DNA of 61,571 nucleotides, filler included, from Piptocephalis cylindrospora (GCA_003614145.1; 2 parts of 2 records of this genome joined end to end with filler, not necessarily neighbours in it), one strand, 5' to 3'; positions 34,231 to 47,953 are shown, counted from the whole stretch's first letter. Notes: generated by a model from the sequence alone, not told the origin. Numbers and translations: made by a program.

Positions 34231-37200
34231 ATGCTTTGCTCCCTTCCACGTCTACGATGCGTAGGCACCGGGATTCTTCCCCGATCTAGCTTGAATTCAC
34301 GCGTTCTTTCCCTGGCCCAGATTTCCCGGTCTCGCTTACATCCACGCGTCTTTCCCTCGGTCCAGGCCCCCCGATATCTACCACATGTGCCTTTTAGCGG
34401 CTTCTCCACGTTGACCACGTCTTTGGGGCCTGAAAAATCGCCTTTGACGCCGGAGAGACTCTTCGCCCAACGAACCCACCGATGTGGTGACTTGCGAGCC
34501 CGGCACATCGGCCAAGAGGTCGTCCTTTGCGGCTGGGCCCAACGGGTGAGGTAGGAGCTTTCGAGGGTATCTTGGGGCGAACGCAGTTCGTTCGATGCTG
34601 ACCCATACCTTTCTTCTGGATCATGATGCAAGTGCAGACGGATTTCTGATTCGATGGCTTTTCTTCCCCTCCGTGATGCCTCTGGCACCATCCAGCTCAT
34701 TCAGACGCGACGAAGCACGGAAACCTCGAACCCGAGTGCTGTTTTGAGCGATCAAGATTGGGATCAGATTACTGGCTTGTCCCCCGAGTCCATCATCTGC
34801 ATCCGTGGCACGGTGCGGGCCCGTGCATCTGGTTCAGAAAGGACGGTACGTTTGATCTGAGAATTCCTCAAAGTCTCCCGGACTACACTTTCCACTAAAG
34901 AGAAAGGTTTCAAGGAAGACATGACCTATCTTCTTACTCTCTTTTACACCTTTAATCTTGCAGGAAATGGCTACGGGAGAGGTTGAGGTATTCATTCAGG
35001 AGATTCATTGCCTAAATCCAGCATCACATACTCCCTTTCTCCCTACTGATCATAATTTGGTAAGACAAGGACTTGGGGGAAGTGCTTCAGGATGTATCGA
35101 CCCCGTACTAATCATGCTCATTTAAATCCATTTCTATAGCCAAAAGAAGAAGTACGGATGAAGTATCGTTATGTCGATTTGCGTAGGACCGAGTTGCAAA
35201 GAAACCTTCAGTGGAGATATCGCATTACTCTGGCTGCGCGGAATCATCTGGATGAACAGGGTATGGCTTCCTGATGTGAAATTCCTCTACCCAGTGGACA
35301 TACTTCCTTACCATAATCTTTTCTTAGGCTTCACGGAAGTGGAAACGCCTATTCTTTTCAAATCCACCCCAGAGGGGGCCCGGGAATTCATTGTTCCAAC
35401 GCGCTATGGAAAGGATACCTATTTTGCCCTTCCGCAGAGCCCACAGCAGTATAAGCAGATCCTCATGGCCTCAGGAGTGGACCGATACTTTCAGATTGCC
35501 CGATGCTTTCGGGATGAGGATCTTCGAGCGGATCGACAGCCCGAATTTACTCAAGTATGAAGATGCGTCGGGATGATCTTTTAATTCGTATCTCATGCCC
35601 ATTTCATCCACATAGATTGACATGGAAATGGCATTTGTTACCAAGGATCAGGTGATCGAAATGGTAGAGAGGCTTGTAAAGACTATTCTTCAGTCGGTTA
35701 ATAAGAGCCCAGCCTATCCCATCCCTTTTCCTCGCATCTCCTTTTCCGAGGCCATCTCCCGAGTAAGTGGACAAGATGGCCTGTGAGGGTAAAGGAAGAT
35801 ATCCTATTTTTTCTTACATTGCTATCTTGCAGTATGGATCGGATAAGCCTGATACTCGATTCGACCTTGAGGTGAGATATTGAATGAAAGGGAAAGGATA
35901 CATCGCCAAAAACTTAACCAATTCTTTCATGGTGTCAGATCCGGCCTATTCCCCTGGGGAAAGAGGAGCCCTTTCAGCAAGTGATGGATGTACTCGTGAT
36001 TCCCGCACAGCTGATCCAGGGATTGGCGGGAGCTTTGAAGAAGTCTCTTCCTCGTGTACGTCTAACTCACCAGGGTCCTGAGGACATGGGACCATGGCTA
36101 TAAACTCAATGGCATTCCCTCCTCATTCTCCTTCATCATTTTACCGTATCCTATAGGGAGTGTACCAATTTCGTGGTCAAGGTGATCCTTCCTTATCCTG
36201 GATGAAGAAGATGGGTCTGGACCCGACGTGCATTAACCAGAAAGGCAAGGAATTCCTGGAAAAGGTGACATCTGATGATATCATCTTGGTCACGTTGCGA
36301 CGATTTGATCCTTCGGTACGTGTGGACCATGAGGAACGGAGAGGATATACAATAATGTATTGCCGATAGATCCATCCTTGTTCACTGAACCTACATCCAC
36401 TCTAAATAGGAAGCTACTACGACCATGGGACGGATGCGACTGGAGGTAGCCCGGATCCTAGAAGAGGCCGGTAAGTCCTTCTTTGTGGTTTCCTTGAATA
36501 TCTATCCTAATTATACTGATGTGCTTTCGGACGTCCCTCATGTCGCCCGCAATGATTATCCTTATCAGGGCGGATGACAAAGGATCCTGATCAGCTTAAC
36601 TTTCTTTGGGTCCAAGATTTTCCTTTGCTAACACGAGTAGAGTCTGCTGAAGGGAAAAATGACTCTGGCGGATGGATAGCGACCCATCATCCCTTTACCG
36701 CACCGGTCATCGAGGACATCCCCTTACTATACACGAACCATCCAGAAAAGGTGGGTTGTGTGCCTCTTTTACTCTTATGACTTTAATCATCAGAGATAAA
36801 CGTTGCCACTGAAACTTTCCTATATGCTCCTTAATAGATCCGTGGTCAACATTATGACCTGGTGCTGAACGGAGTGGAAGTGGGCGGAGGCTCAATCCGG
36901 ATTCACTCGGCTGAGCTTCAAAAACGCATATTTTCTTTAATCCTTGGGGTATGAATCTATCCTGGTCCTTTATGCCCTGCAATCTTCTCTTACTCATTCA
37001 CTCTTTCCTTTATGGTGATTAGAAGCAAGGAGGGAAAGAGCAGGAACGTTTCCAACATCTCCTGGATGCACTTTCCTCAGGCTGCCCTCCTCATGGAGGC
37101 ATTGCCTTGGGTAAGTGAATTACAAATGGCCATGTATCTGAGTTTCTACTCCTCGCCCTCACCCACCCTCACGCTTTTCTTATAGGTTTGGATCGATTGG

Positions 37201-37347
37201 TGGCTATGCTTTGTGGGACGTCATCGATCCGGGATGTCATTGCTTTCCCAAAAACCTCATCTGGACATGATCCTATGATCGGATCCCCTTCGTCGGTCAG
37301 CGCGACTACCCTCGAGGTGTACGGAATAACCGAGTAGGCTAGGGGAA
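34231..37347 (+). CDS. MSD1: Mitochondrial aspartyl-tRNA synthetase
   Basis: Presequence; [80 protein letters not shown]; about 14 exons. Confidence 0.95.
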
Positions 37348-37434
37348 ATGAGTGTCCTTGGCGTTTTCGGTACAATTTTATCCACATGATCTATTCCTTT
37401 GTTATTTGGCCCGTCTTCTACAAATTCATCCACT

Positions 37435-40400
37435 CTACATATAGTCACTCATGGGGGGGCAAGAGCAGATGAGGTTCCTATCACCAAAGGCATCATCAAT
37501 CCGCCCGATGGTGGGCCAGAATTTACGCTCTCGGAGGTGAGGTAGAGGGTAGACGGCCTCTTCCCGTGAGTATGGCCTCTCCCCCCATACATCCTCATCT
37601 ATCAGAGTAGCCATGGGGTGGGGGGCACGCTTAAGCATATTTCCCTCCCGAGGCAGGGTGCCATCTTCAATCCGAGCAATTTCGGCACGGATAGCAAGGA
37701 GGGCATCACAGTATCGGTCCAGTTCTTGAAGATTCTCAGACTCGGTGGGTTCCACCATTAGGGCTCCAGTTACAGGGAACGACATGGTTGGAGCGTGAAA
37801 TCCGTAATCCTGAAGGTAAATGAACATGAGCGGAAAGAAAAAATCACCATGTGTGAAGTGCAAAAGTCGCTTACCTGAAGTCGCTTGGCAATATCAATTG
37901 CCTCGATGCCTGCAGAAGTGGCGAACGGACGGCAATCCACAATAAACTCGTGGGCACACATACCCTGAGAATTAAGGTAGAGGATGCGGTATGCGCCTTC
38001 AAGACGACGACGCATATAGTTGGCGTTGAGAAGAGCAGTCTCAGTGGCCTTACGTAGCCCCCCACCACCCATCATGCGAATGTACGCCCAGGATATGGGA
38101 AGGATGGAGGCCGAGCTATGTGGGGCAGCGGCGACTGGGCCCACGCGGGTCCCCCCAAGCTCTTCTTGGGACGTGCGGATACAACCATCGGCACCAAGGG
38201 AGGCCAAGGGATGAGACGGGAGATAAGGGCCCAGATGGGCTTTGACACCGATAGGACCCATGCCGGGGCCACCGCCGCCATGGGGGATACAAAAGGTCTT
38301 GTGCATGTTTAGATGACAGACATCGGCACCAAGCTCTCCTGGACGGCAGATACCAAGCTGGGCGTTCATATTGGCGCCATCCATGTAGACCTGACCACCG
38401 GCGGCGTGAACGCGATCACATACTTCTCTAATGCTATCTTCAAAGACACCAAAGGTGGAGGGGTAGGTGATCATGATGGCGGCCAAATCTTTGCTGTGCT
38501 TATTCATCTTGTCCTCAAAGTCTGCGGGATCGAGGGCGCCATCAGTGGATCTACACTTGACGGGAACGACCTTGAATCCAGCGAGGGCAGCGGACGCCGG
38601 ATTGGTTCCATGGGCCGAAACGGGAATAAGACAGATGCTTCTGTGGCCCTCACCCCGGTCCTTGTGGTAGGCTAAGATGGCCCTTAGACCAGCGTACTCG
38701 CCTTGAGCCCCACTGTTGGGCTGTAGGGACACATTATCAAATCCAGTGAGTTCAGCGATATCTGATTCGAGTTCCTAGAGACGGGGAAAGAGGAGAGAAG
38801 AGAGGAATATGTTATTCCTCTGGGATGGGAAAGTGAACGTATGCTATACAGAGGAATGATAACCTACCTTGAAGAGCTCGGTGTAACCCTTGGCTTGGTC
38901 AAGAGGGGCATAGGGATGAATGGAGTTCCAGGCAGGAAGGGTGATCGGGAGCATTTCGGTGGTGCCATTGAGCTTCATGGTGCAGGAACCCAGGGGGGTC
39001 ATGGAGTGAACGAGGGAGATATCCTTATTGGCCAGATGATGCAGATAGCGGACCATCTGGGTCTCGCTATGATACCGATGGAAGGTAGGATGATCGAGGA
39101 AGGAAGAGGTACGGATCAAGGAGCTAGGGATGGCCTGAGGTAAGGAGGAGGGGGGTGTGGAGAGTGATTGAACATCGCCAGCGAAAATCTGGACCAGGTC
39201 CTCCATGTCCTTGGATGTGACGGTCTCATCCAGGGTCACACCAACTCCATGATCATCTACACGGCGCAAGTTGATTCCCTTTGCCTCGGCCTTATACAGA
39301 AGCTCCTGGGGATTGGGGGTCTCTATAACTAAAGTATCAAAAAAGGCGGTTTGGCGAATCTTAGTCCCCGAAGCCTGGAGGGAGGAAGCGAGGAGGCGGG
39401 TAAGGTCATGAACGCGCTGACCAATCTTTCGAAGACCCTCGGGACCATGGTAGACGGCGTACATGGCAGAGACGTTGGCAAGAAGGGCTTGGGCAGTGCA
39501 AATGTTGCTCGTGGCCTTTTCCCGACGGATGTGCTGCTCCCGGGTCTGGAGAGCCAGACGGTAGGCTATTCTCCCATCAGCATCCTTGCTAACTCCGATG
39601 ACCCGACCAGGCATGGAGCGACGAAAGCGTTCGGCGCATGCAAAGTAGGCAGCGTGAGGACCACCGTAGCCCAAGGGGACCCCGAAGCGCTGAGAGGACC
39701 CCAGGACGATGTCGGCACCCCACTCACCTGGAGGCTTAAGGAGGGTAAGGGCCAGGGGATCAGCAGCGCACACGACCTGGGAGCCCAGGCTATGAATACG
39801 GTTGGCCAGCTCGGGAAGCCCCTCATCAATCCCGCCCTGAGTGTGAGGGTATTGGATAAGGACCCCGGTAAGTGTTTCTTCCAGCCCTTCGTAAATGTGC
39901 TCCCGGACATCCCCGATGACAATACGAATGCCCAATCCCTCTGCACGAGTCTGAACACAAGCAATAGTTTGAGGATGTAGGAGATGATCGACGACAAAGA
40001 CCTTTTCAGCGGCCTTGGTACCTGCCGTGCCCTTCTTGGGACGGGGAGCGACAGTAGCGCACATGGCCATGGCCTCAGCGGCAGCGGTTCCTTCGTCGAG
40101 TAGGGAAGCATTGGCGAGGGGCAGGCCGGTGAGGTCAGATATGAGGGTCTGGAAATTGAGAAGAGATTCCAGTCGACCCTGGGAGACCTCGGGTTGGTAT
40201 GGAGTATATTGAGTGTACCAGGCCGGGTTTTCCAGGAGGTTACGACGGATGACAGTAGGGGTTAGGGTGCCGGCGTAGCCCATGCCAATGTACGAGCGCA
40301 TAACGCGGTTTCCCCTGGACATCTCCTCTAGACGGGCTATGAGCTCGGTTTCTCCTAAAGCACCGGAGTCAGGGGTACCAGCAAAGTGCAGAGGTCGGTC

Positions 40401-40736
40401 AGATTGAATGGATGCCGGAACGACCTTGTCGATGAGAGCTTTGATGGAGGATATTCCAAGGGTGGAAAGCATGTGATCCCGATCCTTGTCCGTGCTAATT
40501 CCATTGTGCCTATTGGGGAATGTGTCGAGTGGTGCAGAGAGGGAAGGGTCGATGGATGGGAAGGATGGGATGGTAGAGGTCGAGAAGGGAGATGGGCTCT
40601 GGAGAACCGTTGTCCTGAGATGGTGGTGGGTATACACAGGTCCCGTACGTGTGGAAAGACGTAGGGGAGTGATGAAGGGATGATTGGACCTAATGGCCTT
40701 GGAGGATGCCCTGACAATCGATCCTAACGAAGCCAT
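37435..40736 (-). CDS. GCV2: Glycine dehydrogenase (decarboxylating), glycine cleavage P protein
   Basis: [72 protein letters not shown]; 3 exons; ATG at 40736. Confidence 0.96.
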
Positions 40737-42521
40737 GGAGGATGGGAGTATAGCGGGGCGAGGGAGAGGTGTATGTGCCAAGGAACGGTAACGGAAGGGA
40801 GAGGAGAGGGAATGGGGAGGAAATGGAGGAGGAAGGAGATGGAAGGGGGATGAGAGGGAGAAAAGGTCATGCTGTGATGGATCTACCGGGAGGATAAAGG
40901 GGAGGTTCCCTTTATAGACTTTTTACACAGCATCGTTGCTCTGTCCCATACATGAGGAAAGAGAGACCATGAATACGGGGGGAGGAGGAGATGATCCGTA
41001 ACGCAGGAGATGGGATGGGTCGAGAAAGGGACCGCGGTAAAAATGAGACTGCTCATACCTTGTCAAGGTTGAGGAGAGATGACAGCGTGTATGGGTAGAA
41101 TTCAACGATCCTCTAGGATTTTCTATCATTGCCGGCGACACTGACGGTGATATACGGAGGGATACTGCAGTGGGTGTACCTTCGATTTTTTTTCCTATCA
41201 CTCTTGCTACTCCTTGGTCGAGGAGGCAGTGAGGAAGGCCAAGGAGAGACTAGCGCTATTTCCCCCCGAAAAAAATAGCCTTATCCCAGGCACATGATGC
41301 GACGTGGGGGGCCTTCGTGGTCACCAAGTGGATACGGCGGGGGAGGGAGATGCACAGGTATGTGCGGCGTGCATAAGCAGCACTATGAGGGAGGGGTGGG
41401 GGGCCACATAGAGTGATTCTTCCCACGAGAAAGGGAGAGACGGGAAGGGGAGTAGCCGGAGAAAACAGTGGAGTTGGTGGTAAAAAAAGTGGAAAAGACA
41501 CTGAAATACACTGTGAAGAGTAGTGTGGTGGGAGGAAATGGTCAGTACCCATTACCATAAGAGGCCATAGCAGTCGGGAAGAGGAAGTGGAGTGGAGGGG
41601 TTGGGGTACTCTTCTAAAAGAGGTCATGGCAGGGGAAGAGAGGCAACGACGCCTTTTCTAAAAGAGGTCATCTCAATAGGAAGGCTCCTTCCTTGCCCTT
41701 CTCCCAGGAGCAACACTACACTATCAGGGGAGGACAAGGATCTATAAGAGGTAATTGGCCTCTGAGTGGATGGATAGGGCAAAGGGGATATATCATCCCA
41801 TCGCTTCCTACTTTATTCAAGCGGATGGGGGATATGGTTGGGATGGGAGGGTAGAAGTGGCTTGAACTTTGAAGGGAATACGTTGACCAAATCAAGAGTA
41901 GTGCCCAAGAAGGAATGGTCATGAATGAGAAGTGAAGGTCAGAACGTGTCAGGTGATAAAGTGTGCTAATAACGCTCATCAGTAGCCATAAAAGCAGCAC
42001 CATATAATTACCACCAAATAGTATGAGTCATAATAATAACAACAATGAGAGGTGGCTATCGTTAATGATGTGATGGAGGGGTGGGGGGCAGTGGGGTACA
42101 AGCTTTCACCTCTCTGGCCCTGCTTACGTCTTGACCTCCTTCTTTTGCTGTCTCACGGATAATAATATTAGGTCCCCTCATTTCCGAATGTGCATCGCGC
42201 TGGAAAATCGGGTTTAACTTTTGAATGAGAATTCGCGAAATTTGTCGTATCTCCGCGGCGCCTACGGAATGTGTGCACCAGGCAATCTCCCTCATCTACG
42301 ATGCGGCAGACACTCTCCCGGTATTCCCCTACCAATACACACATACATACATACATACACACACACACGCACCTTGAGGACATCATTACAGAGGCCCAGA
42401 GGACCAACACACCTTTTTTCCTTCCTCTCTCGCACCAACAAACTCCACGCCTCCAGCCTGACAGACCCATCTTTCCTTAGCCTCTGCTACTCTCCACCTC
42501 CTCGAAGCCCTCAAATTCGTC

Positions 42522-42728
42522 ATGGCCTTCCCCGTCGCTGCCACTACTGCTCTGAACCACACTATTGCCCCCATCAAGGGAGGCCTGAAGCGCCGTGCTC
42601 TCGTTGATATTACCGCCGGGCTTGGCCTTGGTATCGCCGCTGGATACGCCTACTGGTACGGCTGGCGTCTTCCCGCTGTGGCCCGCCGTGAGGCCTACTA
42701 TGCCAAACTGAAGGCCGAAAAGGAGTAG
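42522..42728 (+). CDS. COX9: Cytochrome c oxidase subunit 9 (fungal VIIa)
   Basis: IAPIKGGLKRRALVDITAGLGLG..GYAYWYG..RREAYYAKL. Confidence 0.88.
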   Translation: MAFPVAATTALNHTIAPIKGGLKRRALVDITAGLGLGIAAGYAYWYGWRLPAVARREAYYAKLKAEKE

Positions 42729-43146
42729 CCTTTCTAGATGTGTCATCATCCTCGATGTACCCTGTCCTCTTCTCTGGACGCGATGGCCCTTGGGAAGGGA
42801 GGTGGAGAGCAGCAGGGTTTCCTCCTGGCCCTCCTCCCCTAAAAGCCATGCTCCCTTCCCGTGTATCACCGGTCCATGGGAGAGAATAAAATCATCACTG
42901 ACTCGCGCCCTTTTTTCCCCTCCCCTCATGATTCTCTTGATGATCTACCTACTCCGTCTTCTTTCTTTATCGCGGGGCATGCCCTCATACCCGGGATACT
43001 TTATTCCCTCATATATCTCCTCCACTTTATTCCCTCCCCACCCCTCCTAAGCTTCTATTGACTTGATTCTTCCCCCATAGAGACATGTATATAATCATTG
43101 TATTTTGGCCTCCACCCACAACAACAGAAAACATCAATGCACACAT

Positions 43147-44793
43147 TTAAAGCTTGGAGGTAGTTGAGGTGGCGGTGATGGTGGTGGCCTTGGCAGCATC
43201 CCGAAGGATCCTTCGGAGGATCTTTCCGGCCCCACTCTTGGGAATGGCATCGATAAAGCGTACACCTCCACGAAGTTGCTTGTGAGCTGCAAGCATACTG
43301 GCCACATACGCCACCACCTCCTCCTCGGTCAGGGCAGATTGAGGCTTACGCACCACATAAGCTAGCGGAACCTCGGTAGCCATCTCTGGGTGCATGATGC
43401 CAATGACAGCCACATCGTCAATCTCCTGATGGGTCAGAAGAAGAGCCTCGAGCTCTGCCGGGGCTACTTGAAACCCCTTGTACTTGATCAGTTCCTTGAT
43501 GCGATCCACGACGTACACGTGGCCCCGCTCATCTCTTCGAACCACATCCCCGGTATGGAGGAAGCCATCAGCATCCATGGTCTCGGCGGTGGCTCGAGGG
43601 TTCTTCCAATATCCTCGAGTGACATTGGGGCCCTTGAGACATAATTCTCCTTCTTCCCCAATCCCCAGGGGCCGGCCCGCGGGATCCACGATCTTGGCTT
43701 CCATGTTGGGCACCAGAATTCCACTAGATCCAGTCTGGAAATCAAGCTCCGGAACCAATGTGACTAGCGGCGCTGTCTCGCTCATACCATAGCCCTGACG
43801 GACGATAATGCCCGTGCGATCCAACACGGCCTTGGCCAGTTCTCCATCCAAGGGCGCAGCCCCACTGACCAGACTACGGACACTGGAAAGATCGTAATTA
43901 GGGACGGCAGGGTGCTTGGCCAGGGCCAGGCAAATGGGGGGAGCGACATGGCTCATGGTGATACGGTACTTGACGATGAGCTCGAGAAAGAGAGTAAAAT
44001 CAAATTTGGGAAAAACAATGACTGGGATGCCCCGAGAAAAGGCACAGTGAATGACAATAGTCAGGCCGTAGATGTGGTAGAAGGGCAGGACCCCTCCCCA
44101 GACCTCGTTTTTCGGTGTTGGACCCTCACATGCCGATTTCTGCTGTGAATTGCTCACGATGTTCCCATGGGTCATCTGGACACCCTTGGGCATACCAGAG
44201 GTTCCCGAGGAGTACACGAGGTAAGCAACTCGATCCCAAATTTCATTGGGCTGCAGACGGATAGGTGCATACTCTTCCGGGCCCAAGAGGCCGTACAGGT
44301 TGGGCAAATGGGTGTTGGAGGTATGGGCAGGATGATCTGGGTGATGGACAAGGATGATATCCTTATGCGGATTCATCGAGGCCATCTTGGCTGCCTCCAC
44401 GACAATGGGCAGAAGTTCGGGCACGGTGAGGATGAGACGGGCCCCTGAATCCTTGAGTTGCTTGGCAAATTCAGCAGCTGAATACGCGGGATTGGCTGTA
44501 GTAACGATACCCCCGACAGCCAGGACTCCCAGGAGGAGGCTAGGATACTCGACCGAGTTGGGCGAAATGATGGCAGCCACCTCCTCAGATTTCCAGTGAT
44601 ATTGATGGGCTAGGACATGAGCGAATTGCCGGGCAATCCGTCCCACCTCCCCTCGCGTTACCGTCCTTCCCGAAGGCCCATCCACAAGAGCAGGGACCTC
44701 GGGTAGGCTAGCGACTTTGGGATTGTCAAAGAGATAATGGTAGATATCCATCTCCTGCAGCTTAATATCTGGGATTTGCGAGGTAAAAGACAT
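43147..44793 (-). CDS. Peroxisomal 4-coumarate-CoA-ligase-like acyl-CoA synthetase
   Basis: YSSGTSGMPKG; QGYGMSE; GELCLKG; LHTGD; DRIKELIKYKGFQVAPAELE; C-terminal PTS1 SKL; intronless. Confidence 0.92.
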   Translation of the reverse strand: MSFTSQIPDIKLQEMDIYHYLFDNPKVASLPEVPALVDGPSGRTVTRGEVGRIARQFAHVLAHQYHWKSEEVAAIISPNSVEYPSLLLGVLAVGGIVTTANPAYSAAEFAKQLKDSGARLILTVPELLPIVVEAAKMASMNPHKDIILVHHPDHPAHTSNTHLPNLYGLLGPEEYAPIRLQPNEIWDRVAYLVYSSGTSGMPKGVQMTHGNIVSNSQQKSACEGPTPKNEVWGGVLPFYHIYGLTIVIHCAFSRGIPVIVFPKFDFTLFLELIVKYRITMSHVAPPICLALAKHPAVPNYDLSSVRSLVSGAAPLDGELAKAVLDRTGIIVRQGYGMSETAPLVTLVPELDFQTGSSGILVPNMEAKIVDPAGRPLGIGEEGELCLKGPNVTRGYWKNPRATAETMDADGFLHTGDVVRRDERGHVYVVDRIKELIKYKGFQVAPAELEALLLTHQEIDDVAVIGIMHPEMATEVPLAYVVRKPQSALTEEEVVAYVASMLAAHKQLRGGVRFIDAIPKSGAGKILRRILRDAAKATTITATSTTSKL

Positions 44794-46054
44794 GGTCGAT
44801 GATATATAGATTTCAATGTGTGTGTGGAGGAGGGGGAATTGATGAAAAGGGATGAGAAGAGGGTGGGGACAGAGGTGGCGAGAGGCGCTACTTATCTACT
44901 TCACCTTCCCATGCTCAATGCACCTTTGAGAAGGCTCCATTGATGCATCATGAGCCATCTAGGACTCATGTGTGCCTGAGAAAGGTTGCGGAGACACGCA
45001 AATCTCATGCAGTTGAAGTCGTGCCAAGCCACCAAGGAAGGCGGGGGAGGACAAGGTAATTTTGTGGGAGAGCTGTGAGACGATAGACACCGCCTGGCCA
45101 GGAGGCTGGGGATACGGCTTTTTCTAGATCCCGGAGGAGGTAAGAGTACAAGCAGGGCTGCACGAGACCATGGGCGAGTGAGCGAGGTGATAATGTGGGG
45201 GAGGAATCGGCCGTACACAAGGAGTATAGTTTGTCCATGGTCGTTATAGCGGGGTATAATGGGGTAGTAGTGGGGTACACGAGTAAAATGTTTCACCACG
45301 GCAATTGAGTGGTTCCGTTTGATTATTTAGCCCCATGGGTCACCGTGAGAGTAGAAAGTACTTATGCACTGGATACATAGTTATTCTGATAAGCTAGATA
45401 AGGCAAGAGTATCCGCAATAATGGCACGCTCGGGGAAAGAAGTAGTTCCATGTCTAACCCGACTCACCATTTCTCATGGTGTATGGGGAATAGGCACAGA
45501 AGAGGCCGAGTCCATGCAGAGGGGCTGTTTTTATTCACATGTCAACATCACGGTTGATTTGATAAGTCCGCTCGATTGATACGAAAACATCGTAAGCATC
45601 ATTCACTGCTCATGTGTATTCATTCTCTCAACGGTTATCCTATTATTATTACGCGCCGTGCAGAATTAGACCTCGACTGTCTCCCCTACCACAGTGTTTA
45701 GATTAGATTACGTGGCTTCTACGGAAGGAAAAGACGAACGCTGATCTTGGACTTGAAATCAGTGTTTCACGTCCTATCCTCCCCCGCGCATTCCCTCCCA
45801 ATACTGCTGCTAGAACCTCCCTGCAATGACCTTAGCTTACCACCTTACCGTCGGTGTAATGCTTGAAAGGTCACACCTGCAGCATCGCTGCTAATGTCCA
45901 GAGGCGGAGTGAGGACGACGAAGCGCCACAGGCCATTTGGGCTCCTCACTCCTCTTTTGACCTCAACACCCCTCTCTTGAAGTCACTGCTCCCCAATCCT
46001 TCAGTGTATTCTCGTCTTCCTTTCTTCCCATTCTCCTCTCCCTTCCCACGCACC

Positions 46055-47580
46055 ATGAACCTCACCTTTAAAACCGTCTCCCAAGACGTCTTTAGGCTCG
46101 CCGTGGAGCCCACTGAGACGGTAAGCGTCTATTCACCCTATCGTGTGAGATCAGCTCGGATCTGACCCCATTGCCCACCAGGTCCTCCAAGTCAAGAAGC
46201 GCATCGAGGATCAACAAGGGTTTTCCCTCGTCTCACAAAAGCTCATCTACTCGGGAAAAATCCTCAACGACTCCAAGACTATTGGGTCTTATGGTGTCAC
46301 GGAGAAGGGCTTTATTGTTTTAATGGTCCCCAAGGTACAGTACTGGTGAATCCATCCCACTTCTCCTCCTTCTCACCCTTCCCCACATAGGCAAGGACCC
46401 CGGGAACACGAAAGCCTATCAAGAAAAAGGAGAGCATCTCTAAAGATGATATCCCTGTCAATACTGCTCCATCGGCTCCACCGGCCGCTGCTGTTGCCCA
46501 AGCCCCCAGTACTACCACTGCCCCCGTAGCCGCTGCCTCCTCCTCCTCCGCTTCCACCACCTCAAAGCCTCAAGAGCATGACTTGCATCCGTGTGGTAAG
46601 TGAATTGCACGCCATTTTGGAGACACGATGAAAGTCACTCACTCCTCTCCCCCCCTCCTTTCCCTCAGTAAAAGCACAGATGTCAGGCGAAAAAAGATTA
46701 CGGGTATCACACTTTCTCAAGGACGAGGTGAATCGAGCTCTTAATGCTAGTTCAGATAATCCTGAAAATGATATGGAGGATCATCCCATGGTAAGAAGAT
46801 CTCGTATAGGAGAGGAAATAGGGTAAGCCCACTCAATTCACCGCTCTACCCACAGGAAATTCCTGAAGGAGTCCAACCCATGGACTCTGATGGAGACATT
46901 GATTGGACAACAAGTACCTCTGAGGAAAGCTTGGAAAGATTCAAGGAGTTTGCCGCCGCCGCCGCTGCCACTTCTTTCGTCTCTGATTCCCCTCTTCACC
47001 AGAAAGGGGATGCTCCAGGGGCAGCTGTATACAGGATCTTGGAGGAGAGCAAGGAGTTTCAGCATCTGAGATCCGTTACCCATTCCAGGCCAGAGATTGT
47101 TCCACAGCTTCTCGATCACATTCGCACCACTTTTCCTCAATTCTGGAAGGTAAATGATGTCCTTTTTGAAACTCTAGCAGGGATGGGGAGCTCTTTCTCA
47201 CCACACTCCCTCCTACCCAGATTGTTAGTCATAACCCCAAAGGATTTGTCAACCTTCTCTCCAAGGGCCTGCCTATAATTTACGACGGAGATTCCCAAGA
47301 CGAGGAGGACGATGAAGATGAAGATGAGGATGAATTTGCCCTTGATACGGAAGAAGAGGCAATTTATGCGCAAGATGAGGGGGAGCCAGGAGTGAGGTAC
47401 ATTCCTGGCTCGTTTGTACATCCCCCTATCCGGATCACTGTGGAGGAGGAGGAGGCCATCTGCCGGTTACAGGAACTGGGCTTCACGAAACATGAAGCCC
47501 TCGTAGCCTACTTGGCTTGTGATAAAGATGAAGCTCTGGCGGCAAGCTACCTCTTTGAGCAATCAGACGAGGATATGTAG
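46055..47580 (+). CDS. RAD23: RAD23-like UbL-UBA shuttle protein (divergent)
   Basis: UbL (QKLIYSGKILND), XPC-binding-like EFQHLRSVTHSRPEIVPQLL, UBA2 EEEAICRLQELGF..AYLACDKDEALAASYLF; 6 exons. Confidence 0.82.
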
Positions 47581-47946
47581 TCTTCGCCGTTAGGGATAAG
47601 AGGGACTTTTCCCATGATACGTTCAGATTGGAAATAGGTGGAGTGATGACTGGAATGGATTCAAGTGAGATGGAGGTATCAGTAATGTCTGATCACGAGA
47701 TGTGTCTGATGAGATTAGGAGCACTTTAGCTGCACGCAGAAATGGCGTCGTCTTGTTGCAAATATATCCCCTCTGGGGCTCTCTGTGAGCCTCATACATT
47801 CAGAGATCCAATTTGAACAGATAAGATGCCCTCCCAGTGCTTGGGATATGTGAAGCTCTTCACCCTCCCCCAATTAAACTCTCAGTCATTGAGTCTGCAC
47901 TTTAGGTGATATATCCTAGACACGCACCAACCATCCTTTAGTGGTG

Positions 47947-47953
47947 TATAAAA
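47947..47953 (+). promoter_or_regulatory. TATA box
   Basis: TATAAAA about 95 nt upstream of the ATG at 48041. Confidence 0.45.

Noticed and set aside
41716..42003. 95-aa hydrophobic minus-strand ORF
   Set aside because: No homology cues or clear coding bias; probably intergenic.
43147..44793. Adenylate-forming enzyme as a luciferase or secondary-metabolite cluster core
   Set aside because: Ordinary PTS1-bearing 4CL-like ligase with housekeeping neighbours and no carrier or tailoring genes.
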